From positions 17,858,333-17,922,332 of the forward strand of contig NC_068985.1 in NCBI RefSeq assembly GCF_001194135.2: DNA of 64,000 nucleotides. Reading direction: 5' to 3'. Shown here one piece after another: positions 11,593 to 22,663 of this stretch; within the stretch, counting starts at the first letter, position 1; every line of letters starts with the position of its first letter. The notes under the pieces were generated by a model. It was not told the DNA's origin, ran no database searches, and worked only from the letters and a program-made list of their open reading frames with translations. Source of the stretch: Octopus bimaculoides (taxonomy: Eukaryota). The position numbers were made by a program, and so were the translations under genes.

Positions 11593-11872
11593 TTGCACCG
11601 ATCAATATAAAAAAATAAATTGTCATCATTATTATTATTATTTAATGTTCTCTTCCCATGTTGGCATGGTTGGATGATTAGACAGGATCCTGCATTGAAC
11701 TCCAATGTCAGCCTTGGCATGCTTTCTATGGCTGGATGCCCTTCCTAGCTTCAACCTTTTTACAGTATGTAATAAATAAAAGAAAAAATGTAAACATGAA
11801 TGGGTTCCACAAACAAACAAAGTTTCAATGAGAAGTACCTTAAAAAAATAAGTTACGAAACTTAAAACTTAC

Positions 11873-11966
11873 CAACTTTCAGATTTTTTTAAAAGGTTGG
11901 TAGATTCATTGGAATTTGTTGCAGTTGAATTATTGTTATTCCGTCGTTTATCAGAGATCTTGGCAC
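11873..11966 (-). CDS. TADA3: TADA3 coding exon 5
   Basis: GAKISDKRRNNNNSTATNSNESTNLLKKSES matches ADA3 DKKK...DALLKKSE. AAG acceptor, GTAAGT donor, 94 nt; phase 1 to 2 is exactly what is needed to join exons 4 and 6. Confidence 0.88.
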
Positions 11967-13695
11967 CTTTTTAGGAAGAAAAATGAAAGAAAATGGTTTA
12001 GTAATAAGATGAAAAAAAAAATTTCCAGATGAATTAAAAATTCTAATTTTACAAAAATTCAAGAATCTGCAAGACAGCTGCATAAGTCAGATTTGAGACC
12101 AAAGAGTTATGAAGTTGAAAATCCATTTCAGTTACACTGCAACAAAATAAACCAAAAAGTTGATAACTTAAATCAACTTGGCTAATACCCCTCTCCCAGC
12201 TGAAGGGGGATTTTATTTTGCAAGTTACTTGGTGACCATGTTAGTGCTGGTACCATGTAAAAAGTAGCAGTGTTGATACCACATAAGAAGCACTGGTGAT
12301 GATGCCAAATAAAAAGCACTGGTGATGGTGCCATGTAAAAAGTATTCACTACACTCTGTCAAGTGGTTGGCTTCCAGCTGTAGAGACCATGCCAAAATAG
12401 ACAATGGAACCTAGTGTGACCCCTGGCCTTTACCAGCTACTGTCAAAAAGTTCAAACCATGTTAGCATGGAAGGTAGATGTTAAATGATGAGGATGATTA
12501 TGATGACAGTTCATACCAGCCAAACACACACACACACACAGGGTGTATGGTGATACTGAAATGAAGCCCCAGTTGCATTATTGTGATATATCACTATTTA
12601 TAAAATTACCAAGGATCCAAATACAAGGTATTGCTAAGAATGTTACCACAAAAAGTTTCTGCTTTGTATTGGAAGGAGGAGGAGGAGGAAAAGAAGGTGC
12701 TGCCACTGCCACCACAATTTTAAATAGCAAATCTTTATATCTGTTTATACATTTACTTTGTTTTTATGTCTGTTTTTTCCATGGCAGCATGAGTTGGATG
12801 AATATGTTATTGAGGTATGTGATTTTGGGTTCAATCCCACTTCATGGCATTTAGGCAGATGTCTTTTACTATAGTCATGGGCAAATCAAAACCTTGTGAG
12901 TAGATATGGCAAATAGAAACTGAAAGAAGCCTATTGTATGTGTAAGTTTCTTGACTCAACATTGCACGACTGTTGTAAGTGAGCATTGCCATCATACAGT
13001 TGTTGTTTGTTTGCAATCTTTTGTGAAAATATACCTTGGCATGGGGAAAGATTACCTCCCTTGCAAACAGGTGATGGCTGGCAACAGGAAAGGCATCTTG
13101 CCATAGAAAAATCTGCCTCAACAAAATTCTCTGTGACACATGCTAGCGTGGAAAAGTGAACGTTAAAATGATGACAATGATGATGATGATAAAGTTACAC
13201 TGTAAGAAAAGAAACAAGTCATAGCAGAAGACACAGAATAAGAAATCATCTATGTCTACCAGTGAGGAGCACAAATAGATTGTATTAACAAAATTTATGG
13301 CTGGATGCCCTTTCTGTAAAATTGTTGGCAATAGGACGGGCATCCAACCGTAAAAACCATGCTAAAAGAGACCTCGCGGTTGCTGGTGTTATGTGAAAAG
13401 CAACCAATTCACTCTGTAAAGTGATTGGTGTTAGGAACGGCATTCAACCATGAAAACCATACCAAAAGAAACTGTGCTGGTGTTTCTTGGAAAGCAGTCA
13501 TGATGTTAGGAACGGCATCCAGCTGTAAAAAGCATCCCAAAACAGACAGTGGAGCTTACTATACTCCTCTGGCTAGCCAGCTCCTGTCAAATTATCCGAC
13601 CCATGCCAGCATGGAAGATGGACTTTAAATGTTGATGATGACGATGAAAACTGATATACTGAAAAGCAAACAGAATGGGAATTTAAGATGTGTAC

Positions 13696-13945
13696 CTTCT
13701 TTTTGTTCATCCATGATATCTTCTTGAGCCCATCGTTCCGAGTAATGTTTGCCCAAAGGCGGAATTTTGAAAAACTCACTATCATCTTTAATTGTAACCA
13801 GAACTTCTTCTAGAACTTTCATATCTTCAGTACTGATTTCTGCACAGTAAGGATCAACTGATGCCCAAAAGCGATTTACAATATCATTTTTCTGGCTACG
13901 AGCTATGTCCGAGGATTCTGAAATGTCATAGTCAGGCATTTTCAC
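13696..13945 (-). CDS. TADA3: TADA3 coding exon 4
   Basis: KNDIVNRFWASVDPYCAEI...KIPPLGKHYSERWAQED is the core ADA3 motif (NRFWASVEPYC, IPPLGKHYSQRWAQED). TAG acceptor, GT donor, 250 nt, phase 0 to 1. Confidence 0.97.
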
Positions 13946-14098
13946 CTACAAAAAATACAAATGTTTTTTAAAAAAATTAGGAGTCATATTATTTTGATTC
14001 TTTAATCTGCCACCTGAAAACAACATTAGAATTTTAAAAACCAAACGCGTCAACACTAATATCTATTTTTTACTTAACAAAATCCCATAAAAATTATA

Positions 14099-14381
14099 CC
14101 AACCACATGGTTCCAGGTTCAGTCCCACTGCATGGCACCTTCTACTATAGCCTTGAACCGACCAAAGGCTTGTGAGTGGCTTTGGTAGATAGAAACTAAA
14201 AGAAGCCCGTCGGATATATACACACATATGTATATGTGTGTATGTTTATGTGCCTGCGTTTCTCCTCCCACCATCGCTTGACAACCGATGCTGGTGTGTT
14301 TACATCTCCGTAACTTAGCAATTCAGCAAAAGAGACCAATAGAATAAGTACTAGGCTTACAAAAAATAAGTTCTGGGGTTC
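14099..14381 (+). mobile_element. SINE family A running into a gap
   Basis: ACCAACCACATGGTTCCAGGTTCAGTCCCACTGC...GAATAAGTACTAGGCTTAC. Confidence 0.85.
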
Positions 14382-14925
14382 NNNNNNNNNNNNNNNNNNN
14401 NNNNNNNNNNNNNNNNNNNNNNNNNNNNNNNNNNNNNNNNNNNNNNNNNNNNNNNNNNNNNNNNNNNNNNNNNNNNNNNNNNNNNNNNNNNNNNNNNNNN
14501 NNNNNNNNNNNNNNNNNNNNNNNNNNNNNNNNNNNNNNNNNNNNNNNNNNNNNNNNNNNNNNNNNNNNNNNNNNNNNNNNNNNNNNNNNNNNNNNNNNNN
14601 NNNNNNNNNNNNNNNNNNNNNNNNNNNNNNNNNNNNNNNNNNNNNNNNNNNNNNNNNNNNNNNNNNNNNNNNNNNNNNNNNNNNNNNNNNNNNNNNNNNN
14701 NNNNNNNNNNNNNNNNNNNNNNNNNNNNNNNNNNNNNNNNNNNNNNNNNNNNNNNNNNNNNNNNNNNNNNNNNNNNNNNNNNNNNNNNNNNNNNNNNNNN
14801 NNNNNNNNNNNNNNNNNNNNNNNNNNNNNNNNNNNNNNNNNNNNNNNNNNNNNNNNNNNNNNNNNNNNNNNNNNNNNNNNNNNNNNNNNNNNNNNNNNNN
14901 NNNNNNNNNNNNNNNNNNNNNNNNG
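14382..14925. other. Assembly gap (N run)
   Basis: Other gaps: 18619-18628, 25196-25324, 50746-50966, 55812-56122, 57712-58245, 58701-59555, 59839-59898. Most abut young SINEs or simple repeats. Confidence 1.
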
Positions 14926-15060
14926 TACTTTATTTTATTGACCCAGAAAGGATGAAAACTGAAGTTGACCATGGTAGAACTCAGAATGTAAAGCGGGAAG
15001 AAATGTTACTAAGCAAATTTCTCAATGCAATAATGATTCTGCCAGCGCTCCTTTTTTTTG

Positions 15061-17166
15061 AAAAAATATATAAAATTTTGTTACGAGAACATTTTTCTAG
15101 TGGCTGGTTTATGGAAAAGAAATCACCACTAGAACGTCTTGACCAGCCAGTGTGTAGGAAGGCAGTGGAAGGAGTTCAGGGAATCGTAACCTCTTGGTAA
15201 AGGGAAGATTTCTCTTTCCACATAAATGACAGAAGCAAATGTAAGAATTGTGATGCTACATGTTGGGAGACATGAATTACCTGTGTATGAGAGATTGACA
15301 ACAGGATCAGTCCTCAGCTCCCTCTTATTCATCATAGTCCTCCAGACAATAACAGAGGAATTCAGGACGGGCTGCCCCTGGGAGCTCCTGTATGCTGATG
15401 ACCTTGCCCTAATAGCTATATCACTATCAGAACTAGAGAAGTTTCAGGTGTGGAAGCAAGGTCTAGAATTGAAGAGCCTTTGAGTCAATCTAGCAAAAAT
15501 CAAGTCTTGGTAAGTTGGAAGACAGACAAATCACAAGTCCTTTCAGGTAGATGGCCCTGCTTGGTCTGCAGAAAAGGCATAGGTAGAAACTCCATAAGAT
15601 GTACCCAGTGTAAGCTATGGACATGCAGCAATATCAAAGGAAGGTTAACTGGGAAGATAGGTTTTTGCACGTGGCAGATGCACAGGGGCAATAAACACTG
15701 AAGGTGTTTATTGATTCCATCACATGCCAGGGGGAAAAACTAGAAGTAGTTGATAGTTTCCGTTACCTAGGTGACCAAGGCAGTAGTGGGGTGGATGCTC
15801 TGAGAGTGTAGTTGCAAGAATAAGAAAAAGCCTGGGCAAAGTTCAGAGAGCTCCTACCTTTGCTGGTAACAAGGGGCTTCTTGCTCAGAGTGAAAGGTAG
15901 ACTGTAAGATGCACGTGTGCGAACAACCATGCTACATGGCAGTGAAATATGGGCTGTGACTGCTGAGAAAGAAATAAAGCTAGTATGCCCTGTTGGATGT
16001 GTAATGTCAGTGTACATACATGAGAGAGTGTAAGCGCCCTGAGAGAAAAGTTGGGCATAAGAAGCATCAGATGTGGTGTGCAAGAAAGACGACTGCGCTG
16101 GTATGGTCATGTGTTGTGTATGGGTGAGGACAGCTGTGTTAAGTGTCACACCCTAACAGTGGAGGGAATCTGTGGAAGAGGTAGACCCAGGAAGACATGG
16201 TGTGAGGTGGTGAAGAACCACCTTCAAACGTTGGGTCTCACAGAGGCAATGAAAAGCAACCAAGACCTTTGGATATATGCTATGCTTGAGAAAACCCGGC
16301 AAGCCAGGTGAGATCGTAGCCGTAGCTGATGCCAGTGTTGCATATGAAAGTATCCTTCACTTGTCAGGCAAATATGCTGAGCTCGAGAAGACCTGTTGAG
16401 TCAAGTGAAATCATAGCCGTGGCTGATGTCAGTTCTGCCTGACTGGCACCCGTGCCAGTAGCATGTAAAAAGCACCACTTGAGCGTGGCTGATGCTAGTG
16501 CCACCTGGCTGACACATAAAAAGTACCATTCAAGCATGGTCAATATCAGTGCCGCCTGCTCCCAAGCAGGTGGCATATAAAAAGCACCATTCGATGGTGG
16601 TCGATGCCAGTGTTGCCGACTGGCCCCTGTGCTGGAGGCACGTAAAAAGTACCCACTACACTCTCAGAGTGGTTGGCATTAGGAAGGGCATCCAGCTGTA
16701 GAAACCTTGCCAGATCAGATTGGAGCCTGGTGCAGCCTCCTGGCTTGCCAGTCCTCAGTTAAACTGTCCAACCCATGCTAGCATGGAAAGCGGATGTTAA
16801 ACAATGATGATGATGAATATAAACACTTCACTTCTACAAGACTTTCTCAGCTTGTGCTTTGCCTTTCATGTAGGTTAACATTACATAAACAATGGATCAT
16901 AGTTACATCACTGCTGTCAATCTTTCACACAGAGATAGTTCATGTCTCCCAACATGTAGCATCACAATTCTTACATTTGCTTCTGTCATTCATGTGGAAA
17001 GAGAAATCCTCCCTTTACCAAGAGGTTACAATTTCCTGAACTCCTTCCACCTCTTTCCTACTCTCTGGCTGGTCGAGAGGCTCTGGTGGTGGTTTCTTTT
17101 CCATAAACCAGCCAAAGAGCCACTAGAAAAATGTCCACGTAACAAAATTTTATACATTCTTAAAAA
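15061..17166. repeat. About 245-bp inverted duplication (15061-15304 vs 16911-17166)
   Basis: Long shared blocks, e.g. GTAACCTCTTGGTAAAGGGA and ATGACAGAAGCAAATGTAAGAATTGTGATGCTACATGTTGGGAGACATGAA, in opposite orientation either side of the RTE insertion. Confidence 0.88.
15305..16815 (+). mobile_element. 5'-truncated RTE-clade LINE (RT domain to 3' tail), decayed
   Basis: GSVLSSLLFIIVLQTITEEFRTGCPWELLYADDLALIA (RT), GIRSIRCGVQERRLRWYGHV...GRGRPRKTW, 3' UTR with GGAAGGGCATCCAGCTGTAGAAAC and (GAT)n tail. Confidence 0.9.
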
Positions 17167-17693
17167 GTAGGAACAATATTAATGCAACGAATTAAGGTGG
17201 CAAGTTGGCAGAATCGTAAGCATGCCAGACAAAATACTTAGAGGCATTTTGTCAGTTTTTATATTCTGAGTTCAAATTCCTTCGGGGCCGACTTTGCCTT
17301 TCATCCTTTCGGGATCGATAACATAAGTACCAGTTGATGTAACTGACTCAGTTCCTCTACCGAATTTTCAGGCTTTGCACCAAAATGTGAAACCAATGTT
17401 ATTGCAGTGAATTAAAATCATGTGAATGGAGTTGGAGTTACTGGTGCAGTAAAGAGGAGGGCCATAAATTCCATTACTGAAGCTGTGACTTGATCAACTG
17501 CAGGGAGATTAACTGGGTGAAGGGTCTGATGTTAAAAGACTCGAAACCCTCCATGAGACCCCACAAACGTCACTGATGATGCATCCCAGAGTATCCATCA
17601 GATGTATTTCAGATCTAAGAAATATATAATTTTAAATTACGGAGATGTACTTGCATAGCAAGTGACCTGATCTGAGATCGTGTGCTGGAACGA

Positions 17694-17945
17694 AAACAAT
17701 TGCAGCGTGGAAGGTGTTTATAAGCCATTTAAAATAACACACAAAAGCCGTCAGATTCACTTCAACATTTAAATTTAATTTGTCAAAATATTTTCGTCAC
17801 TTTGAGACTGCGACCTGTTCACTGACAAAATTGTGCTGCATCTTTTGTCAGTGAACAAAATTAAATTTAAATGTTGAAGTGAATCTGACGGCTTTTGTGT
17901 GTTATTTTAAATGGCTTATAAACACCTTCCACGCTGCAATTGTTT
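17694..17945. repeat. Perfect 88-bp inverted repeat with nested 15-bp hairpin
   Basis: 17694-17781 is the exact reverse complement of 17858-17945. Inner stem 17816-17830 / 17843-17857 with a 12-nt loop. Confidence 0.95.
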
Positions 17946-18005
17946 ATAATTTTAAATTTGTGTGTAAAATTGGAACAATTAAAATTTAATTGGAAATTTA
18001 CTAAC

Positions 18006-18143
18006 TTGTGAATTTTTGTTCTTTGGCCTTCCTGGTCCACTACAATGAGTAGCTTTTCCATTGCTGTCTTTGAATTTTTTGTTTGGTTTATCTTCAGCTC
18101 CACTGCCACCTTTCCCTCGTTTTACGACTGGCACATCAGAAGC
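18006..18143 (-). CDS. TADA3: TADA3 coding exon 3
   Basis: ASDVPVVKRGK...KPNKKFKDSNGKATHCSGPGRPKNKNSQ matches ADA3 KPKKQKLEGKAGHGPGPGPGRPKSKNLQ. Long polypyrimidine tract plus CAG, GTTAGT donor, 138 nt, phase 0 to 0. Confidence 0.92.
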
Positions 18144-18546
18144 CTGGAGAAAACAAAAAAATGAAGCAAAAAAAAAAAAGAAAAGAAAAAAAGACACTCC
18201 TAAATACACATATATATTCTTGTATATATATTTAAACATCAAAAAGGTCTAGAATTTGGTCTAAAAGGAAGAATATCAAGTAATAAATGCTAAATTTTCC
18301 AATGAGGAAGAAGCAGACATTATATCTGAAATACACCAAGTTATTCTTTTACTGGTTTCAGACTTTGGACTGCAGCCAAGCTGGGGTACCAACCTTCATG
18401 GGTTTTGGTCAAACAACCCCAGTATTTATTTCAGTCTGTACTGATTTTATCAATGTCTATTTTTCGAAAGGCTAAGTTAAGTTTTTATGTAAAGAGACAC
18501 AACTTGATACCTGGTAAACATTGACAACATTGACAAGGAAACCACA

Positions 18547-18566
18547 TACATACATACATATATATG

Positions 18567-18618
<52 letters not shown>

Positions 18619-18680
18619 NNNNNNNNNNATATATATATATATATATATACATATATATATGTGTGTATATATATATATAT

Positions 18681-18710
<30 letters not shown>
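18547..18710. repeat. Compound (TA)/(TG)/(CA) microsatellite with a 10-N gap
   Basis: Direct reading. Similar runs at 10830-10865, 11030-11092, 20700-20750, 22627-22660, 25160-25195, 33575-33628, 39135-39167, 62172-62330. Confidence 0.9.
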
Positions 18711-18711
<1 letters not shown>

Positions 18712-19435
18712 ATGGGTTTCCTCTACAATTTTTGTCTACCAAATTCCAGGCACAAGGCATTGATCAACAAAGGCTACAGTTGCTTAAGATGTCGCACAGT
18801 GGGATCAAAATGTGTCTAACAGTTCTATTTTATAAAATAGATTATTTAATTATTAAAACATACATAGCATTATCTTATCAAAACATATTAATTAAAATCT
18901 TCAACTAAGCAAAAATGTACAGAAATTATTTGATAGGAATGAAAATTGTATGCATGTGTAGATTTTTATCTGGAATAATTAAAAGAATAATGTATAACTT
19001 TAAAATAAAATGATGAAAAATTATTTTTTTTATATTAAAAATAATTGCATAAGAAAAGTAAAAAAAATCAAACTGAAAAGCTTAGAACTAATTGTTGATA
19101 ATTGCAATTATTAGCAAAAATTTTTAAACAGTTAACAGTGAAAAATTCAGAGAAACCTTAGAGGAAAGCAAAATGTTTTTTTCTATATCTCAAACTTCAA
19201 AAATGACCATTTAATTGGAATTACTTCATTCTAGCAAGCAGCCTGCAAATTTATTGTTAATTTTCTAATTATTATGAATTTAATTTCTTTAGCTAAGACA
19301 ATGGGTAGCTCCAATGGTTATATTTTAAATGAAATTATAATTTTGAGAAAAGAATATTATAACAAAGTTGTGCAGAAACAAATTTCAAAATACACAAAAT
19401 GTTGGTACACTAATTTGAAATCTGATAACATAAAC

Positions 19436-19480
<45 letters not shown>
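19436..19480. repeat. (TAT)15 microsatellite
   Basis: Direct reading. Confidence 0.95.
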
Positions 19481-20719
19481 GTTTTTTTATCAAGTTAGAA
19501 AACAATACAAAATCATAACTGGGTTGTTAGATATGGTCTTTGTTCAAGGATGAGATGCTTTAACAGTATTCCCAGTTCTATATTTACATGTAATAGAACT
19601 AAGCCGGTCTACACCTATTTGCGCTCAGCTAGAAAGAGTGAATGATATTCGTTTTGCTGAAGCAACTGTTTAAATAGTTGAATTGCTGTTCAAGAGCCAA
19701 TCATTCAGCCTTGAGTAGAAAGTGGATTTTGTTTTCTCAAGCAGACAAACAAATTTCACTGCCTGGTCCCAAAACTGTAGTATGGATTTTTGGCTAACAA
19801 ACACCATAACCTTACAGTGAATGCAGTAAAAAAAGAGTTTTACATTATCATCCACAAGCATGATAACTGTCCATATACTAGAAGACTATCTGGAAATTTT
19901 AAGACAATAGGTAAAATATTCCTTAATAGCTTTAATAAGACATGACAATGCCAACATGTCATTATAAATATATCATCATACAAATTTTGTTTTCCCATAT
20001 TGGCATGGGATGGAGCACGTACAGGGTCAGCAATTCCGGGGGAAGGGAATAGTTGATAATATTGACTGAAGTTCTCAGTTGGTACTTATTTTATCAACCC
20101 TGAATTGATGAAAGGTAAAGCTGACCTCGGCAGCATTTGAATTCAGAATGTAAAGATGCCTGACATGCTGCTAAGCATTTCATCTGGCATTGCCGATGAT
20201 TCTGCCATCTCGTTGCCTTACTCTATTAATAGCAACCTCTATTAATATTAACCTCAGTTACCATAAGTTTTGTAATTTGTCTAACTTAACTCACTAAAGC
20301 TAACTGGATCAAATGATTGATACAAAATCTGGCTTTTTTTTTTTCACATAATATAAATTTCTAATTTTCCCAGCTCATTTTCATATCAAGTAACTTCAAA
20401 ATATAATTAGCTTATTAATTGTATGGAATACTAACATTATTTAAGATATTTTCATTTATTTTCAAAGAAAATTATCATCTAACTTTTGATTGTCTGATTA
20501 CTGATATTTTTAGTACGATGCCTTTACTAAAAATATTATGACGATCATTAAATTGATAGTAATTTTCCTTTTTGTGAAAATTGAGTAGTTTTAATGCTTT
20601 ATAGGAACAATTTTTCATAAACACATCAGCAGAAAGACTTGGAAAATCTTTAGTAGTTTCCCAAACTAACTAATGCTAAAAACTGGAAATACATTAATAA
20701 ACACACACACACACACACG

Positions 20720-20751
<32 letters not shown>

Positions 20752-21935
20752 AGTATATATGTTATAGATATGTTTGTATATGTTAGGTTGTTATATTTGA
20801 ACAGTGAAGTGCTCAATCCAGACTTAGAAATGTGTGCATATCAAGCACTATTTATTGACTCATGTGCATCAGGTGAGTTTTTCTGAAAAGTTCTCAAGAA
20901 ACTGAGCATATGGTGGTAACAAGTATGGAATATTTCGGTATGCCAGGTCAGAGAACCTTGATCAGTTCTCACTCATGTAATGTTTATATTTCTTTGTTCA
21001 GTTTTTGATTTCCATACAAATCTTAAGTGCTGTACTGTTCTTTAAGTAGTCGTAATGAAATTAATGACACAATCTGTTCTACTAATCTAAATCCCAATGT
21101 AGCTGGTTAAGATGTATTTTGTAGTGATGTCAATGCAACAGTAAAGTATTTCTTCAAGCATCTTCCTTTAGGGGAGGGGGAAGAAGAAGAGCTCCATCCT
21201 TCAGCAATAAAAACACGTTGAGATTTATATTTCTTGAACCGTTTACAATGTTTTTGCACTGTATCCTTGATAATAGAGGGACATTTCTGGCAGTCATCAG
21301 AAGCTTGTTATACTTTGTTGAACAACCAGTGCAATTTGTGGCTGTTTAGAAAAGGTTTTCTTTCACAAAGAAGAAAACTCCTTACAACACTCTTTTTCAC
21401 ATTGAGGTAATACTGCAGCTTTCTTCCATTTATTCGTTTTCTCAGTCATTATAAGATAGCCATATATTCTTACAGGTGAGTACTTCATTTTGTGACTTTT
21501 GAAGGTGGCTTTATCTAAGGATAAGTGACCTAGTCCTCTTAATGTCTTTACAATGATATTTCACAACACTAGGCACATAATTTGATTTTGTATGTATATA
21601 AAATTGGTTGTAGTTTGGTTTCCTGAAGGTCTTAACTGGAGTATAACATTTACTTGTATGTAGAGAATGATGGTATCTGCTTATCACCAAGGTGCTTCGT
21701 AAAATTTCCAATGTAAAATTACAAAACCAGAGTTGTGTGACTGTACAAGTGCTATTTGCCCTATATTTTCTTCTTTTTTAAGGGGTTGCTTTTTTTTTTC
21801 TATGTTATGTTCAAGATTAGTGTTTCATTTTGCCAATGGTTCTGTTCTAGCAGTACACATACACATTAGATGTTATAAACTGCCTTGTCAACTGATCTTC
21901 AGAAGGTAAATTCTGAAGATTAACAATAAGCTTGG

Positions 21936-21967
<32 letters not shown>

Positions 21968-22378
21968 CAAACAGATCAACCACCAAGAAATGCCTAGGGA
22001 GAATTTATGCAGGCTTTCAATTAGTAACACCAAGCTAAACACCATGAATAAATCTCCCAATCTCAGCACCAGGAGGCATGTCATATCAGATAAGATTTCG
22101 ATGAAATTCTGTTAAGTAAATTAGATATTTGTAATCTTTCACACTGCACTAAAGCAATGAGGGTCTTCTACTGCACATGTACCAAACATCTCTTTTTTGT
22201 TCTCTTGTCAACAATAAGACATGGGGTTACTATAAATCATCCTTTTGATTGTTTTCCATTGTTTTCTTGTTCCTAGTTAGATATCATTATTTGTTCTTTA
22301 CACGTCTTCTCACCATTTCCTAGAACACATTTGCTGAACACTTTCCTGTTTTTGTTCTTGATGTAAGAGACCATGTTA

Positions 22379-22600
22379 AGGCGGCAAGCTAGCAGAAACA
22401 TTAGCACGCCGGGCGAAATGCTAAGCGGTATCTCGTCTGCCGCTACGTTCTGAGTTCAAATTCCACCGAGGTCGACTTTCATCCTTTCGGGGTTGATTAA
22501 ATAGGTACCAGTTACGCACTGGGGTTGATATAATCGACTTAATCTGTTTGTCTGTCCTTGTTAGTCACCTCTCTGTGTAGCCCCTTCTGGGCAGTAACTG
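22379..22600 (+). mobile_element. SINE family B, alternative-tail variant
   Basis: Family B head and centre with tail ...GTCTGTCCTTG...GTAGCCCCTT; the same tail occurs in the 50990-51200 (-) copy. Confidence 0.82.
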
Positions 22601-22622
22601 AAATATGAGACCATCATACATA

Positions 22623-22663
<41 letters not shown>

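Noticed and set aside
19540-19900. Higher-complexity intronic segment with a 63-aa minus-strand ORF
   Set aside because: All frames are interrupted and I recognise no motif; probably an old repeat, but I cannot support a call.
21936-21966. Poly(A) tail of a retrocopy
   Set aside because: No recognisable processed gene or TSD upstream of the 31-A run.
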